Assembly: GCA_963665815.1 (NCBI GenBank)
Contig: OY762463.1
Coordinates: forward strand, 2,976,001-3,040,000
DNA: 64,000 nucleotides
Source of the DNA: Candidatus Cloacimonadales bacterium
Lineage (GTDB): Bacteria; Cloacimonadota; Cloacimonadia; Cloacimonadales; JAIOQZ01
Reading direction: 5' to 3'
The position numbers and the translations under genes are program-made. Every line of letters begins with the position of its first letter. The stretch's first letter is position 1. Of the stretch, positions 29,575 through 40,329 are shown in pieces. The notes below the pieces were generated by a model that saw only the letters and a list, made by a program, of their open reading frames with translations, had not been told where the DNA came from and did no database searches.

Positions 29575-30714
29575 TTAAGATAGTAAAAGTATGTTTTTAT
29601 AATCCATGTTAATAAAATTCTGAACCATAATGTTAATATCAAGTATTTCATTTATGGATTTTGATGCTGCTCCTGAAAATTTGCTGCATGCATACTCTGT
29701 AAGAGTAAGGATATCTGAAAAGCCGATCTTACCATCAAGAAACAGTATGACAGCGGCTTCATTGGCAGCATTCAGTATACAGGGCATACTTCCACCTTTT
29801 TTTCCTGCCTGCAATGCCAGATAAAACAATGGATACCTTTCTATGGGAATATCTTCGAATGTCAGAGCAGGTAAAGAGAGCAGATCTGTATCTATAATTT
29901 CCGGTCCTGAATGGGCAGGATAATTTAATGCATATTGAATAGGAAGAGTCATGCTTGGATTACTCATTTGAGCAATCATCGAACCATCAGTAAATTTAAC
30001 GATAGAGTGGATTATTGATTGTGGGTGTATAACAGCAGTTATTTTATCATAATCTGTCCTGAAAAGCCAGTGAGCTTCTATTACTTCCAGTCCCTTGTTC
30101 ATCATTGTAGCAGAGTCTATAGTTATTTTCGCCCCCATACTCCAGGTTGGATGATTCAAAGCTTCAGAAATTGATATATTCTGAATATCTTCCAATGGTA
30201 CTTTTCTGAAGGGACCACCTGAAGCGGTGAGTATAAGCTGTTTAACTTCTTTATCATCAGCTTTACCGAGAGCTTGAAGTATAGCACTGTGTTCACTGTC
30301 AACCGGGATGATTTCCGCATTGGTATGTTGGAAGAATTGTCCTGCCATGACGAGTGATTCTTTATTTGCAAGTGCCAGAATACAATCTCTACCGGAAACT
30401 GCGTAAGAATATTCAAGACCTGCAGATCCTGAGATTGCATTAACCACAATATCGTAGTCAATGGTTTTCAGAGCATCAATCAGAGCTTCTTTACCGGATA
30501 TCACCTCAGCGTTTTTGATTTCTGCTGTATCTGTTTGAGAATTGGCGACTGCAAGATAATCTATTCCGAATTCATTAATAATACTATTGATTCCGCTGAT
30601 TGAACGATTTACAGATGCCAGTACAATTTTGAACTTATCTCTGTTTTTTCTGATAACCTCTAATGAGGATTTTCCTATTGATCCGGAAACACCGAGAATT
30701 ACAATTTTCTTCAT
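29575..30714 (-). CDS. dxr: 1-deoxy-D-xylulose-5-phosphate reductoisomerase
   Basis: ILGVSGSIG, LANKESLV, PVDSEHSA, LTASGGPF, HPTWSMGAKITIDSATMMNKGLE. Confidence 0.97.
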   Translation of the reverse strand: MKKIVILGVSGSIGKSSLEVIRKNRDKFKIVLASVNRSISGINSIINEFGIDYLAVANSQTDTAEIKNAEVISGKEALIDALKTIDYDIVVNAISGSAGLEYSYAVSGRDCILALANKESLVMAGQFFQHTNAEIIPVDSEHSAILQALGKADDKEVKQLILTASGGPFRKVPLEDIQNISISEALNHPTWSMGAKITIDSATMMNKGLEVIEAHWLFRTDYDKITAVIHPQSIIHSIVKFTDGSMIAQMSNPSMTLPIQYALNYPAHSGPEIIDTDLLSLPALTFEDIPIERYPLFYLALQAGKKGGSMPCILNAANEAAVILFLDGKIGFSDILTLTEYACSKFSGAASKSINEILDINIMVQNFINMDYKNILLLS

Positions 30715-30721
30715 GGGCTTC

Positions 30722-31675
30722 TCAATATTTCATTGCAAGAGATATTCTGTGTGAGTTTTCCAACTCCGAATCATTTTCATAACTGTAATTCAGATTAAAC
30801 TGCTTAATTGAAATGGAAAGTCCTGCTGTTATATTTTCCAGATCCTTACCTGTAAACAGTTCTACATTCTCTGTTACATGTGCTGAGAACCCAAGGTGAT
30901 AATCCCCACTGAAAGCTCCTGCGTCAAATTGAGAAGATTCTTCTCTTCCTTCGAAATATATGTCAGAAGAAATGTAAATATTACCTTTCCTATTCAATAT
31001 TGGGATAGGAAACTGATATCTTAATCCTATATCAAGGTTAGGTGTAACAGATTCCTGAGTCCCATTTTCCCAGAAGATTCTGGTTGTAACAGCATCTCTA
31101 AGGTTAATACCAAGAAGAACTCTTTCGTTTAACTGTTTGTGAGTAGAAATGTCAAAGCCAAATCCATAACCGGATTTTTCAGCAATTGAGCGATGTATGA
31201 TTTTTGTCGTAATACCTATAGGAATGTTACGCATTTCTCTTTTAATACCAAGATGAACAATGTAATCAACATCAGAAACAGATTTATACTTATACGGTCT
31301 GTTCGAAGAAGAAACTCCGGATGGATCATCAACTCGTGTCAGAGGAACATCATCTACTGCAATACGACTGATGTTATAGGACAGTTCTCCGAATCTGTAC
31401 AGTGTTCCTGATACCATATCGAATTTAACCGCTCCATTGAATTCTTCTGAGTGGAGAACTTCGACAATATCACTGTCTGTCTTTTTAATCAAAGACGGAT
31501 TCCAGTAAGCCAGGGCTATTGCATCGGTATCTGTGACACCGGTATTACCCATGGCATAGTTTCTGATACTTGCACCCATGCGGAAAATTTCTCCTGCATA
31601 TTTGTCACCGCACCAGATGTTTACTGCCACAGTTGTTAAAAGAGCAAGTAATATTATTTTACTTTTTTTTATCAT
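30722..31675 (-). CDS. PorV/UPF0164-like outer-membrane beta-barrel protein
   Basis: Signal peptide; GASIRNYAMG...AYWNPS; alternating beta strands; C-terminal SHRISL. Confidence 0.7.
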   Translation of the reverse strand: MIKKSKIILLALLTTVAVNIWCGDKYAGEIFRMGASIRNYAMGNTGVTDTDAIALAYWNPSLIKKTDSDIVEVLHSEEFNGAVKFDMVSGTLYRFGELSYNISRIAVDDVPLTRVDDPSGVSSSNRPYKYKSVSDVDYIVHLGIKREMRNIPIGITTKIIHRSIAEKSGYGFGFDISTHKQLNERVLLGINLRDAVTTRIFWENGTQESVTPNLDIGLRYQFPIPILNRKGNIYISSDIYFEGREESSQFDAGAFSGDYHLGFSAHVTENVELFTGKDLENITAGLSISIKQFNLNYSYENDSELENSHRISLAMKY

Positions 31676-31683
31676 AATTATCC

Positions 31684-33855
31684 TCATTTTACTAATTCAA
31701 CGTAGCTGCCAAGAATTCGTTTCAATTGACCTTTCTTAAAAGATATTGTCAATTTTGCATTCTTATCTTTTCCTTCTACGTTAAGGATTACACCATCGCC
31801 AAAATTTTTATGTCTGACTTTCATCCCAATCTTGAAAAATTTCTCAGATTCAAGTACAATATTCATGTTTGGGATTTTAGCTCTTGAAGTATAGCTATTA
31901 GTATTAGAGCCATTTTCATACCAATTCAGAAGATCTCTGTCAATTTCAAAAAGAAATCTGGACTGTCTTGATTGCTCAGTTTTTCCAAAGTTCCTTCTGA
32001 AGCGTGAATAAGTCAATACAAGAGTTCGTTTAGCTCGAGTTACTCCTACATAAAACAAACGACGTTCTTCCTCTGTCTTTTCCTGTGATTCTGTATTAAG
32101 AACATGTGGAATAAGTTTTTCATTTACACCTGCTATGTAAACTACAGGGAACTCCATACCTTTTGCATTATGGAGTGTCATCAGTCTCAATTTCTCGGCA
32201 TTATCCTCAACTCTGTCCAGATCTGTCATTAAAGTAATATTCTGAAGGAAATCTCTTAAATCCGGTTTTCGCTGGAAATCCACCTCAAACTGTTCTTCAA
32301 ATTCTGCCGAAGCTCTGAGGAATTCCATAAGATTCTCATACTTGGCTCGATCCTGAATATCGTTACTTTTCTCATATTGCAGACTTATTTTAAAAGTGTC
32401 CATTACTTTTTTAATTGCTTCTGACAAAGGATTAACTTCAAAGAAACTTCTACATTTTTCTATATTGTCAGTGAATTCACGTATATTGTTTCTTGTTGCC
32501 GGTCTTAGTCTCTCTACTGTTTCTATTTCACACAATACCTGCCAGAAATTTCTGTCTGTTGCTTCAGCAGCAGTATCAATTCTTTCCAGTGATTTTGCTC
32601 CGATTCCTCTTGGGGGAACATTGATTACTCTTCGGATATCAGCAACATTTTCGGAATTAATCATTACTCTTAAGTAGGACACAATGTCCTTAATTTCTTT
32701 TCTCTGATAGAAATTAACTCCACCGACGATCTGATAAGGAATTGATCTTTTTACAAGTTCTGTTTCAAATATGCGCGATTGTGCATTAGTTCTGTATAAC
32801 ACAACAAAATCTGTCAGCTTCCGATTGTTTTCTCTGATTTCATCATCCATGTGATTAAGTATTCGGTTGACTTCTTCATTCTCGTTTTCTGTTGCAAACA
32901 CAATTGGTTTTTCACCAGATGAGTCTGAAGACCAGAGTACTTTATCATAGCGATTATCATTATTTTTAATAATGTCGTTTGCAAGATCAAGGATTTGAGT
33001 TGTTGATCTGTAGTTCTGTTCGAGACGAATCAGGGTAGCATTACTGAAATCTTTGTGGAAATTGAGCATGTTTTTTACAGTAGCTCCTCTCCAACTGTAT
33101 ATTGCCTGATCTTCATCTCCAACAGCGCAAATATTTTTATCTGAATTCGTCAGTTTTTCCAGAATTTTGTATTGTACATAGTTAGTATCCTGATACTCAT
33201 CTATCATAATGTAAGAAAACTTTTTCCTGTAGATCTTTGCAATATTATCATAGTTGTGGAGCAGTAAAGCTGTGTACATCAGCAGATCATCATAATCCAG
33301 AGCATTGTTAAGTTCAAGCTGCTTCTGATATTCAACGTAGATTTTGTGAGTTATCTCAGAATCAAGAGACCTGTTGTTAAATTCAAAAAAATCTTCCGGT
33401 TGAACAAGATTTGTTTTCATATTGCTGATTACTGAGAGCATTCCGGAATATCCGAATTTATCAGGATCAATTTTATTTTTTTTAAGGATATTTTTAACTA
33501 TTGATTTTTGGTCTACTGTATCGAAAATAACAAAATCCGAGTTAAAATAGAAATTCGCATTTTCTTTTCTCAGAATTCTGGCACATACACTGTGGAACGT
33601 TCCAACCCATAGTCGTCTGGCGAAAATATTGAATTGCCCGTATAGTCTGTTTCTGAGTTCAGCAGCAGCTTTATTTGTAAAAGTCACAATAAGAAGTGAG
33701 TCAGGATTGACTTTCTTTTCATGTATAAGGTATGCTGCTCTGTGGATGATTGTTCTGGTTTTTCCACTACCTGCTCCTGCGAGAAGAAGGAGTGGTCCCT
33801 CTGTATGTTGTACTGCCTGTAATTGTCTTTTATTCAGCTCATTGAGTATCTGCAT
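31684..33855 (-). CDS. pcrA: UvrD/PcrA superfamily-1 DNA helicase
   Basis: LAGAGSGKT, TFTNKAA, DEYQDTN, VGDEDQAIYSWRGA, LEQNYRST, TLHNAKGMEF, EERRLFYVGVTRA; C-terminal Tudor-like domain. Confidence 0.95.
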   Translation of the reverse strand: MQILNELNKRQLQAVQHTEGPLLLLAGAGSGKTRTIIHRAAYLIHEKKVNPDSLLIVTFTNKAAAELRNRLYGQFNIFARRLWVGTFHSVCARILRKENANFYFNSDFVIFDTVDQKSIVKNILKKNKIDPDKFGYSGMLSVISNMKTNLVQPEDFFEFNNRSLDSEITHKIYVEYQKQLELNNALDYDDLLMYTALLLHNYDNIAKIYRKKFSYIMIDEYQDTNYVQYKILEKLTNSDKNICAVGDEDQAIYSWRGATVKNMLNFHKDFSNATLIRLEQNYRSTTQILDLANDIIKNNDNRYDKVLWSSDSSGEKPIVFATENENEEVNRILNHMDDEIRENNRKLTDFVVLYRTNAQSRIFETELVKRSIPYQIVGGVNFYQRKEIKDIVSYLRVMINSENVADIRRVINVPPRGIGAKSLERIDTAAEATDRNFWQVLCEIETVERLRPATRNNIREFTDNIEKCRSFFEVNPLSEAIKKVMDTFKISLQYEKSNDIQDRAKYENLMEFLRASAEFEEQFEVDFQRKPDLRDFLQNITLMTDLDRVEDNAEKLRLMTLHNAKGMEFPVVYIAGVNEKLIPHVLNTESQEKTEEERRLFYVGVTRAKRTLVLTYSRFRRNFGKTEQSRQSRFLFEIDRDLLNWYENGSNTNSYTSRAKIPNMNIVLESEKFFKIGMKVRHKNFGDGVILNVEGKDKNAKLTISFKKGQLKRILGSYVELVK

Positions 33856-33877
33856 CTAATATCCGTAATTGATTCAT

Positions 33878-34303
33878 CTATTTTACAATGCCATATCTTG
33901 GAGTAGATCTTCTTCCTTCCAGAATGAATTCTTCAATGTTCTTATAAGCTGAAATTCGGTAATAGTATAATTCATCTGCCTGGACTTCGGTATCCCTGTA
34001 ATACATGGTTTCAGGTGATATTCCCTGATCTCCGCCATTGTTATCAACTCTAATGTATTCTCCATCATAAGTTCTTGCTCTATATATGTAATAGCCATCA
34101 ATGTCCGGAATAGAATTCCATTCAATTTCCATAAACTTGATTACAGAGGATGATGTTGAAGGTGTAAGATTTATATCGCTTACTTCTCCTGGCTCTTTGA
34201 TATCAGGATTATTCTGAGGATCAACCGGATTGGATCTTTCCAGAGAACAGGAAATCAGGAGAACTGTTACGAAAACAAATATAAAAAAGTATTTATTCTT
34301 CAT
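33878..34303 (-). CDS. FN3-like lipoprotein
   Basis: Lipobox LISC; RSNPVDP; W...GYYIYR...YYYRISAY. Confidence 0.7.
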   Translation of the reverse strand: MKNKYFFIFVFVTVLLISCSLERSNPVDPQNNPDIKEPGEVSDINLTPSTSSSVIKFMEIEWNSIPDIDGYYIYRARTYDGEYIRVDNNGGDQGISPETMYYRDTEVQADELYYYRISAYKNIEEFILEGRRSTPRYGIVK

Positions 34304-34314
34304 AAACTATTCCT

Positions 34315-34908
34315 TTAAAATTTGATAGAGATGCCTGTAAATTCAGGAGATACGGTTATTTTATAAGCTTTATCGTGTTCCTTATTTACTCTGTCCCACA
34401 AACGACTATTATAGTTGTCTGCTTCATATCCTGCATCGTAAATAGAATAAGCCCAGACAATAATATAGGCAGCAAGAAATCCTTGCGAGATTTTATATGG
34501 GGTTTCTGCATCATTATAATAATTATTCATTTCATCAATTCTTCTGGATTCTTTATACTTGTCATATTTATCCATTGCTTTATCATAAAAGTAAAGCCCA
34601 CTTCCAAGAAGAATAAGTTCTGTACCAAGAATGATTTGACCTTTTACATGGCTTTCCGCCATAAAATGTCCCCAGCCTGGTATTACTGCAGATCGTCCCA
34701 TATTAACAGTTCTGTCCAGCTCATGCATCCTGTAAATCTGAAGAAGTTTTCTGCGTTTATCTAAATCTGTTCTGGCATCTTTTCTGATTTTAAAATCCTG
34801 CCAGTCATACTTATGCGGATCAGAGAATTTCTGTATGTCAAAATTCTCAGCTATAGCTATCTGGCATAAAATTAGTATAATAATTGAAATTGATATTCTT
34901 TTTATCAT
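34315..34908 (-). CDS. Conserved membrane/secreted protein (DUF5683-like)
   Basis: RSAVIPGWGH...KG and WAYSIYDA patterns. Confidence 0.6.
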   Translation of the reverse strand: MIKRISISIIILILCQIAIAENFDIQKFSDPHKYDWQDFKIRKDARTDLDKRRKLLQIYRMHELDRTVNMGRSAVIPGWGHFMAESHVKGQIILGTELILLGSGLYFYDKAMDKYDKYKESRRIDEMNNYYNDAETPYKISQGFLAAYIIVWAYSIYDAGYEADNYNSRLWDRVNKEHDKAYKITVSPEFTGISIKF

Positions 34909-36323
34909 AATTCTTCCAGCTTTCCTTCTACAAGTTTTTCACTCTCAGGATTTAAAGGAGAGACCTTTTTTTCTCTAAGATTTACTAACCAGACAAAGAA
35001 GTAGTTTTTATCCGGAGTTGTTATATCGTATCGTACTTCATATTTGGACTGGCCAATCGAAAGCATGTATCTCCATTCGGATGTTCGAACAAGATCTCCA
35101 TATTCTTCAATCAGTCTGTTCTCAAGTTTATTTATCCTGCTAAAGAGCATACCGTTTTTATATTCTGCGATAATTTCTTTAGCAAAGCCAATAGGATCTT
35201 CTTCTATCTTTATCATGTTTTCAGCTATGAAAATTTTATAAGAAGTTGATTCAAGTTGGTCATACTGATAGGATAATTTGAATTTTTCCAGTGCTTCCGG
35301 GTATTTTTCTTCACCTTCGAGAATTTCACCTTCGGCAAGATATTTCTCCGCTTTTGCTATTCTTACCTTGAATTCTTCCGCTTTCTTAATTCCTTCTATT
35401 GCGGCTTCGTAATCAGGGATAATTGTGAATGATTTTTTGTAGTGTCTGATACCATCATCAATTCTTCTGACAGACACAAGAGAATCCGCTTTCAATACGA
35501 ATAAATTACATATTTCATTCAATCGGTTATTCACAAATTTTGTGTTTTCCGGGTTATATTTAATTGCAATACGGAATAGACTGTCGGCAGAAATATACTC
35601 TCTCGATGAAATATTGCTTTCAGCTTCATCTATGTACAATCTGCTTATCTTTTTCATAATATCCGGTTTATGTATTGTTGGATAGGACGCTATCACATTA
35701 AGACTGTCAACAACATCATTGAATTCCAGTGAATCATCAAGGGATTCAATTGTTTTTTCCACATATCCGGGGATATAATCATCCATGAAAACCTGTGCCC
35801 TGGCAACGTTTTCATGTTTTGGATAATTATCATACATGTACATGTATCTTTTCCAGGCAATACTGTCGTTACTGAACTCATTGATTTGGAGATCAATCTG
35901 CTTGAATAGGACTTCCGGCATTAAATCAGAATCATCCAGATTATTTATTATCATTTCATAATAGGCATTCTGGGTTTTATGTTTGTCTGATTCTTTTGCT
36001 TTTTCTGCAAGCTGTAAATAACATCTATCAAGAATTCTGTCAGCTTTTTCCAGATTGGAAAGGTACATAAACCTGATAGCAAGTTTTAGTTTCTTCTGAT
36101 TATAAGCTTTCATTCCAAGCTGGAAGTAACATTCAGCTCTGTCCAGTTCTGCTTTTGTAATTTCTGCACCATTTTGCTCAAGAGCAATAAATCGATCGTA
36201 GTTTTCAATAGCTATGGCGTAATCACCATTGGCAAACTGCCTTCTGGCAATATAGTCATAATTAGAGGAGCAAGCAGTAATCAATAGTAATACTGCACTA
36301 TATAGTAAAAATTTTATTTTCAT
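34905..36323 (-). CDS. TPR-repeat lipoprotein
   Basis: Lipobox ITAC; helical TPR-like repeats. Confidence 0.7.
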   Translation of the reverse strand: MKIKFLLYSAVLLLITACSSNYDYIARRQFANGDYAIAIENYDRFIALEQNGAEITKAELDRAECYFQLGMKAYNQKKLKLAIRFMYLSNLEKADRILDRCYLQLAEKAKESDKHKTQNAYYEMIINNLDDSDLMPEVLFKQIDLQINEFSNDSIAWKRYMYMYDNYPKHENVARAQVFMDDYIPGYVEKTIESLDDSLEFNDVVDSLNVIASYPTIHKPDIMKKISRLYIDEAESNISSREYISADSLFRIAIKYNPENTKFVNNRLNEICNLFVLKADSLVSVRRIDDGIRHYKKSFTIIPDYEAAIEGIKKAEEFKVRIAKAEKYLAEGEILEGEEKYPEALEKFKLSYQYDQLESTSYKIFIAENMIKIEEDPIGFAKEIIAEYKNGMLFSRINKLENRLIEEYGDLVRTSEWRYMLSIGQSKYEVRYDITTPDKNYFFVWLVNLREKKVSPLNPESEKLVEGKLEEL

Positions 36324-37026
36324 CGGCGTACTCAAATTTGCCGTCTAACTTAATTGAGTCGGCAAGTTCTCTTGAAATTCCATGATTTAATATTATGCGT
36401 TTTATGTCGGTTTTGTCCAAGGACAAAATTTCTTCAGCAGAAGGATGCATAGCATCGACAACAACTGAATCAGAGATATTAATTATTGTTTCAAGCTCTT
36501 CTGAGATTCCTGAAACATCAGAAGTGTAAACAAGTTTTTTTGTGTCACTGCTTATAACATAGGACACAGAATTTAATCTGTCCTCCATGTTAAGGTCTTC
36601 AATATTCTTTATATAACCCACCATGTGGTCAGATTGGACAGTGCTGACTTCCTCAAAAACATTCTTTTCCACAAGATCAGTTACAATCTCGAAAGAATAT
36701 CTGCTTTTGAAGATATAGAAAGAATTAAGCATTGTGTTAAACTCATTCAATTGTTCAGGAAGATAGATATACAGCTTTTTTGTTCTTTTCTGCAGATTAA
36801 ACATTTGAAGCACCATGAAAATACCTGAAAGATGATCCGGATGGAAATGGCTGATAAATATTGCATCAACAGTATCTCCTGTTAGTCCATTTTTTATCAG
36901 GTTCCTGCAAGTGCCTTCTCCTGCATCAAAGAGCAGATTTTTGTTGTTTACTTTAACCCAGAGACAGGCATTAGATTTTCCTGTTTCCGGCATTCCGGAA
37001 CATGAGCCTATTACTTGAAACTGCAT
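36298..37026 (-). CDS. MBL-fold metallo-hydrolase, RNase Z-like
   Basis: IGSCSGMP, LFDAGEG, ISHFHPDH, YTSD and LNH motifs. Confidence 0.8.
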   Translation of the reverse strand: MQFQVIGSCSGMPETGKSNACLWVKVNNKNLLFDAGEGTCRNLIKNGLTGDTVDAIFISHFHPDHLSGIFMVLQMFNLQKRTKKLYIYLPEQLNEFNTMLNSFYIFKSRYSFEIVTDLVEKNVFEEVSTVQSDHMVGYIKNIEDLNMEDRLNSVSYVISSDTKKLVYTSDVSGISEELETIINISDSVVVDAMHPSAEEILSLDKTDIKRIILNHGISRELADSIKLDGKFEYADENKIFTI

Positions 37027-38108
37027 CAGATCTTACTTTCCTTAAGCTGATTTTTGGGTACGACGATTGGAACTTTATCCAGTTTACTGGCAAAGAAAAC
37101 AAAAACAATCGCAAAAATCAGTGTTGCACTGACAAGAAGATTAACTGACTGCATCTTCATTATCAGAATGGTTGTGAGAACAATTATACAGTTTATGAGA
37201 TATACTATCAAAGCTGTTACTTTAGTTGAACCCATTGCTGTTCCGATTCTGTGGGTGGAATGATCTTTTCCGCCCTGACTGACTCTTCTGCCATCTCTTT
37301 TTCTGGTAATGCTGACGAGAGATATATCAAAAATAGCAAAGCTGAGTAAAAGAACCGGGATAAGATAAAACCAGTTGCTGCTGGTTCGAATCACTGCCAT
37401 GCGTCCGGTAATCACTCCCATAGTACCCAGAAAATAACCTATAAACATTGAGCCTGCATCTCCAAGGAAGATTTTGGCAGGATTAAAGTTATGTGGAAGG
37501 AAACCCAATAATGATCCTGCAAAAGTTAATGAAAGCAGAGACATATAGTGAATTTGCGGCACGTTTGCATTGGTTTTGCATATAAAATTGAATGCGTAAA
37601 ATCCGAATGCAAGTATTGCCGCCATTCCGCTGATGATTCCATCCATGTTATCCAGAAAGTTCAGGGCATTCATTAAGCCAATCATCCAGAGTGTAAGAAT
37701 CGGGACTGTAATGTAAATTGGTCCAAGTATTTCAGTATAGTCGTTTGTAAACAGAAATACCAGACATACCAGAAGCTGTCCTGCCATTTTCACAAGTGGT
37801 TTCATACCGAATTTGTCATCAATAATCCCAACCAGGACAATAAGTGTTGCACCTGCAAGATAACCTATTACCGGGATATCAAAAGTTTTATCAGCGAGAA
37901 GAAGATTTCCGTAGATTGAGAAAATGATAAATCCTGTAAACACTGCAATTCCTCCCATCAGAGGGATAGCTTTTTTGTGTACTTTTCTTGCTGCAGGATT
38001 ATCTACAAAGTTAATCCTGAGAGCTAATTTTATAATGAAATGTGTTACTATAAACACACTGACTATCGAAAGTAGAAAGACAAAAAGATATTCATATACT
38101 ATGTTCAT
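37026..38108 (-). CDS. Undecaprenyl-phosphate GlcNAc-1-P transferase (WecA/TagO, GT4/MraY family)
   Basis: RKVH...P.MGG, GIIDD, NALNFLDNMDG and NFNPAKIFLGDAGS motifs. Confidence 0.9.
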   Translation of the reverse strand: MNIVYEYLFVFLLSIVSVFIVTHFIIKLALRINFVDNPAARKVHKKAIPLMGGIAVFTGFIIFSIYGNLLLADKTFDIPVIGYLAGATLIVLVGIIDDKFGMKPLVKMAGQLLVCLVFLFTNDYTEILGPIYITVPILTLWMIGLMNALNFLDNMDGIISGMAAILAFGFYAFNFICKTNANVPQIHYMSLLSLTFAGSLLGFLPHNFNPAKIFLGDAGSMFIGYFLGTMGVITGRMAVIRTSSNWFYLIPVLLLSFAIFDISLVSITRKRDGRRVSQGGKDHSTHRIGTAMGSTKVTALIVYLINCIIVLTTILIMKMQSVNLLVSATLIFAIVFVFFASKLDKVPIVVPKNQLKESKI

Positions 38109-39121
38109 ACAATATTTCCAATAAGCAGAGTCATTATCCAGTTAACGGGATATATAAGCCAGCCAAGCAGATTCAGATGAAAAACATGGTTGGCAAGCAT
38201 CAGAATCATGAAGATTATCATACCATTCCTTTCCTGTGCCGTATACCTGAAATAGACCTCATCCGGCAGAAAACCACCAAGAACTTTTGAACCGTCAAGC
38301 GGTGGAAACGGAATAAGATTGAAGAAGCCCAGGAAGAGATTAAAAAGAATTCCTATCTTCATAAGTTTAACAAGTAGATTAATCAGAAAAAATGTCAATG
38401 TATTATCAATTTTTCCTTGTTCACTGACTTCGTAAACATTTTCTGCTCCAAAGTAAACAATCCCTTCTCCTGCATTGACGCTGAGAAAATTAGCTTTGCC
38501 TGAACCTGGCAGATCATTTATAATAACAGCATCTCCAATAAACTGTGTGGCTACAGTTTTGAAATCCCTTTTAAGCTTGATGAATGGATAGTACTTGCCG
38601 TTTTTCAGATATGAGTCTTCAATATAAACTGATTTGCTTTCAGAATCCGAAAACAGGCAGGTAGATACTTTTTCTCCTGAAAAAGATTCCTTTGATTCTG
38701 CATAATATGTCTCAATAACGAATTCATTACCTTTGACAATATAGTCTGACAAGGGAACTGCAATTACTCTTATGAATATTGCAAGTATTATTGCCAGTAC
38801 AAAGTTAATCCCCGGTCCTGCTGCTGCAGTAATAGCCGTGTCCCGCTTGAAATTCTTGAAGTTATGTGGATTAATCGGTACCGGTTTTGCATAACCGAAT
38901 GTAAAAGAAAATCCACTTATCAACAATAACAGTAAGGGAAGTATAATTGTTCCGAATCTGTCGATATGGGCAATAGGATTCAACTTCAGTCTGTTCATCC
39001 GTTTTGCAGTGTCATCTCCAAGAAGGTATGCCGAGAAAGCATGACTGACCTCGTGGAAAGTTATGACCATCAGCACAACAGGGAACTGAAGTATTATATA
39101 AAGCAGATATTGAAAATTCAT
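38105..39121 (-). CDS. Site-2 protease (M50 family) with internal soluble insertion
   Basis: FHEVSH, AAAGP and FNLIPFPPLDG motifs. Confidence 0.9.
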   Translation of the reverse strand: MNFQYLLYIILQFPVVLMVITFHEVSHAFSAYLLGDDTAKRMNRLKLNPIAHIDRFGTIILPLLLLLISGFSFTFGYAKPVPINPHNFKNFKRDTAITAAAGPGINFVLAIILAIFIRVIAVPLSDYIVKGNEFVIETYYAESKESFSGEKVSTCLFSDSESKSVYIEDSYLKNGKYYPFIKLKRDFKTVATQFIGDAVIINDLPGSGKANFLSVNAGEGIVYFGAENVYEVSEQGKIDNTLTFFLINLLVKLMKIGILFNLFLGFFNLIPFPPLDGSKVLGGFLPDEVYFRYTAQERNGMIIFMILMLANHVFHLNLLGWLIYPVNWIMTLLIGNIV

Positions 39122-39123
39122 TA

Positions 39124-40329
39124 CTAATTAAGTGGTATCACCTTAAGAAATCTTCTCTTACCGACTTTTACCACCATTTCAGATTCTACTCTTAACTCAA
39201 GGTCTGCATTGGTAACTTTTGTATCGTCTATTTTAACTGCACCTTGTTTTATAAGTCTACGAGCTTCACCGCTTGTTTTACACATATTGGTTTCAGTAAG
39301 CAGTTTAACAATCCAGATTGCTTTGTCGACTGAGTACTGAGGCATATCTGTAGGTACATCTTTTTGTGAGAAGATTCGGTTAAATTCAGCTTCTGCTATC
39401 TGAGCTTTTTCTTCACCGTGATACATCTGTACAACTTCACGGGCAAGACGTTGTTTTATATTTTTCGGATTTACATCGCCTGAATCAAGTTCTTTCTTGA
39501 TCTTTTCGATTTCTTCAGGAGAAACCTGAGTTGCATAATTGAAGTAATTGATAATACAATTATCAGGAATAGACATTACTTTGCCGTATTTGTCAAAAGG
39601 TTTATCATTTACTGCTATGTAATTGTTGAGGCTTTTGCTCATTTTCTGTAAACCGTCAGTTCCGACAAGGAGTGGAGAAAGAATTGCAACTTGTTCAGGC
39701 ATATTGAAATACTTCTGCATATCTCTACCTGCAAGAATGTTGAATTTCTGCTCTGTCGCACCAAGTTCTATGTCTGCTTTAACTGCTACAGAATCATATG
39801 CCTGAAGAATCGGATACATGATTTCGTGCATACCCAGCGGTAAACCGTTTTCATATCTTTTACGGAATGTATCATGAGCAAGGAATTGTGCAAGGGTAAA
39901 CTTACCAAGAAGATTAAGCACTTCAGCCATTCCCATCTTGCCAAACCATTCTGACTGCCATCTAACCTCAGTTTTGTTTCTGTCAAGAACAGTATAAAGC
40001 TGTTCCATGTAAGTTGCTGCGTTTTCTTTGACCTGCTCGGCTGTCAATGGAGGACGTGATTCGTCTTTTCCTGTTGGATCTCCAATTTGAGCTGTGAAAT
40101 CACCGATAATGATTACTCCGGTGTGCCCGAGATCCTGAAATTCTCTCATTTTACGAATTGGAACCAAATGACCGATATGTACATCATGACCTGTCGGGTC
40201 GATTCCATATTTAACTCTCAGCGGTTTCCATTCTTTTTCCGATTTTTTTAATTTATTGATAAGTTCCTGTTCCGGAACAATTTCCTCAACGCCTTTTTTG
40301 ATAATTTTCATTTTCTTCTCAAGATTCAT
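39124..40329 (-). CDS. tyrS: Tyrosine--tRNA ligase
   Basis: GIDPT...HIGH, IGDPTG, YPILQAYD, KMSKS; C-terminal S4 domain ending VGKRRF. Confidence 0.97.
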   Translation of the reverse strand: MNLEKKMKIIKKGVEEIVPEQELINKLKKSEKEWKPLRVKYGIDPTGHDVHIGHLVPIRKMREFQDLGHTGVIIIGDFTAQIGDPTGKDESRPPLTAEQVKENAATYMEQLYTVLDRNKTEVRWQSEWFGKMGMAEVLNLLGKFTLAQFLAHDTFRKRYENGLPLGMHEIMYPILQAYDSVAVKADIELGATEQKFNILAGRDMQKYFNMPEQVAILSPLLVGTDGLQKMSKSLNNYIAVNDKPFDKYGKVMSIPDNCIINYFNYATQVSPEEIEKIKKELDSGDVNPKNIKQRLAREVVQMYHGEEKAQIAEAEFNRIFSQKDVPTDMPQYSVDKAIWIVKLLTETNMCKTSGEARRLIKQGAVKIDDTKVTNADLELRVESEMVVKVGKRRFLKVIPLN

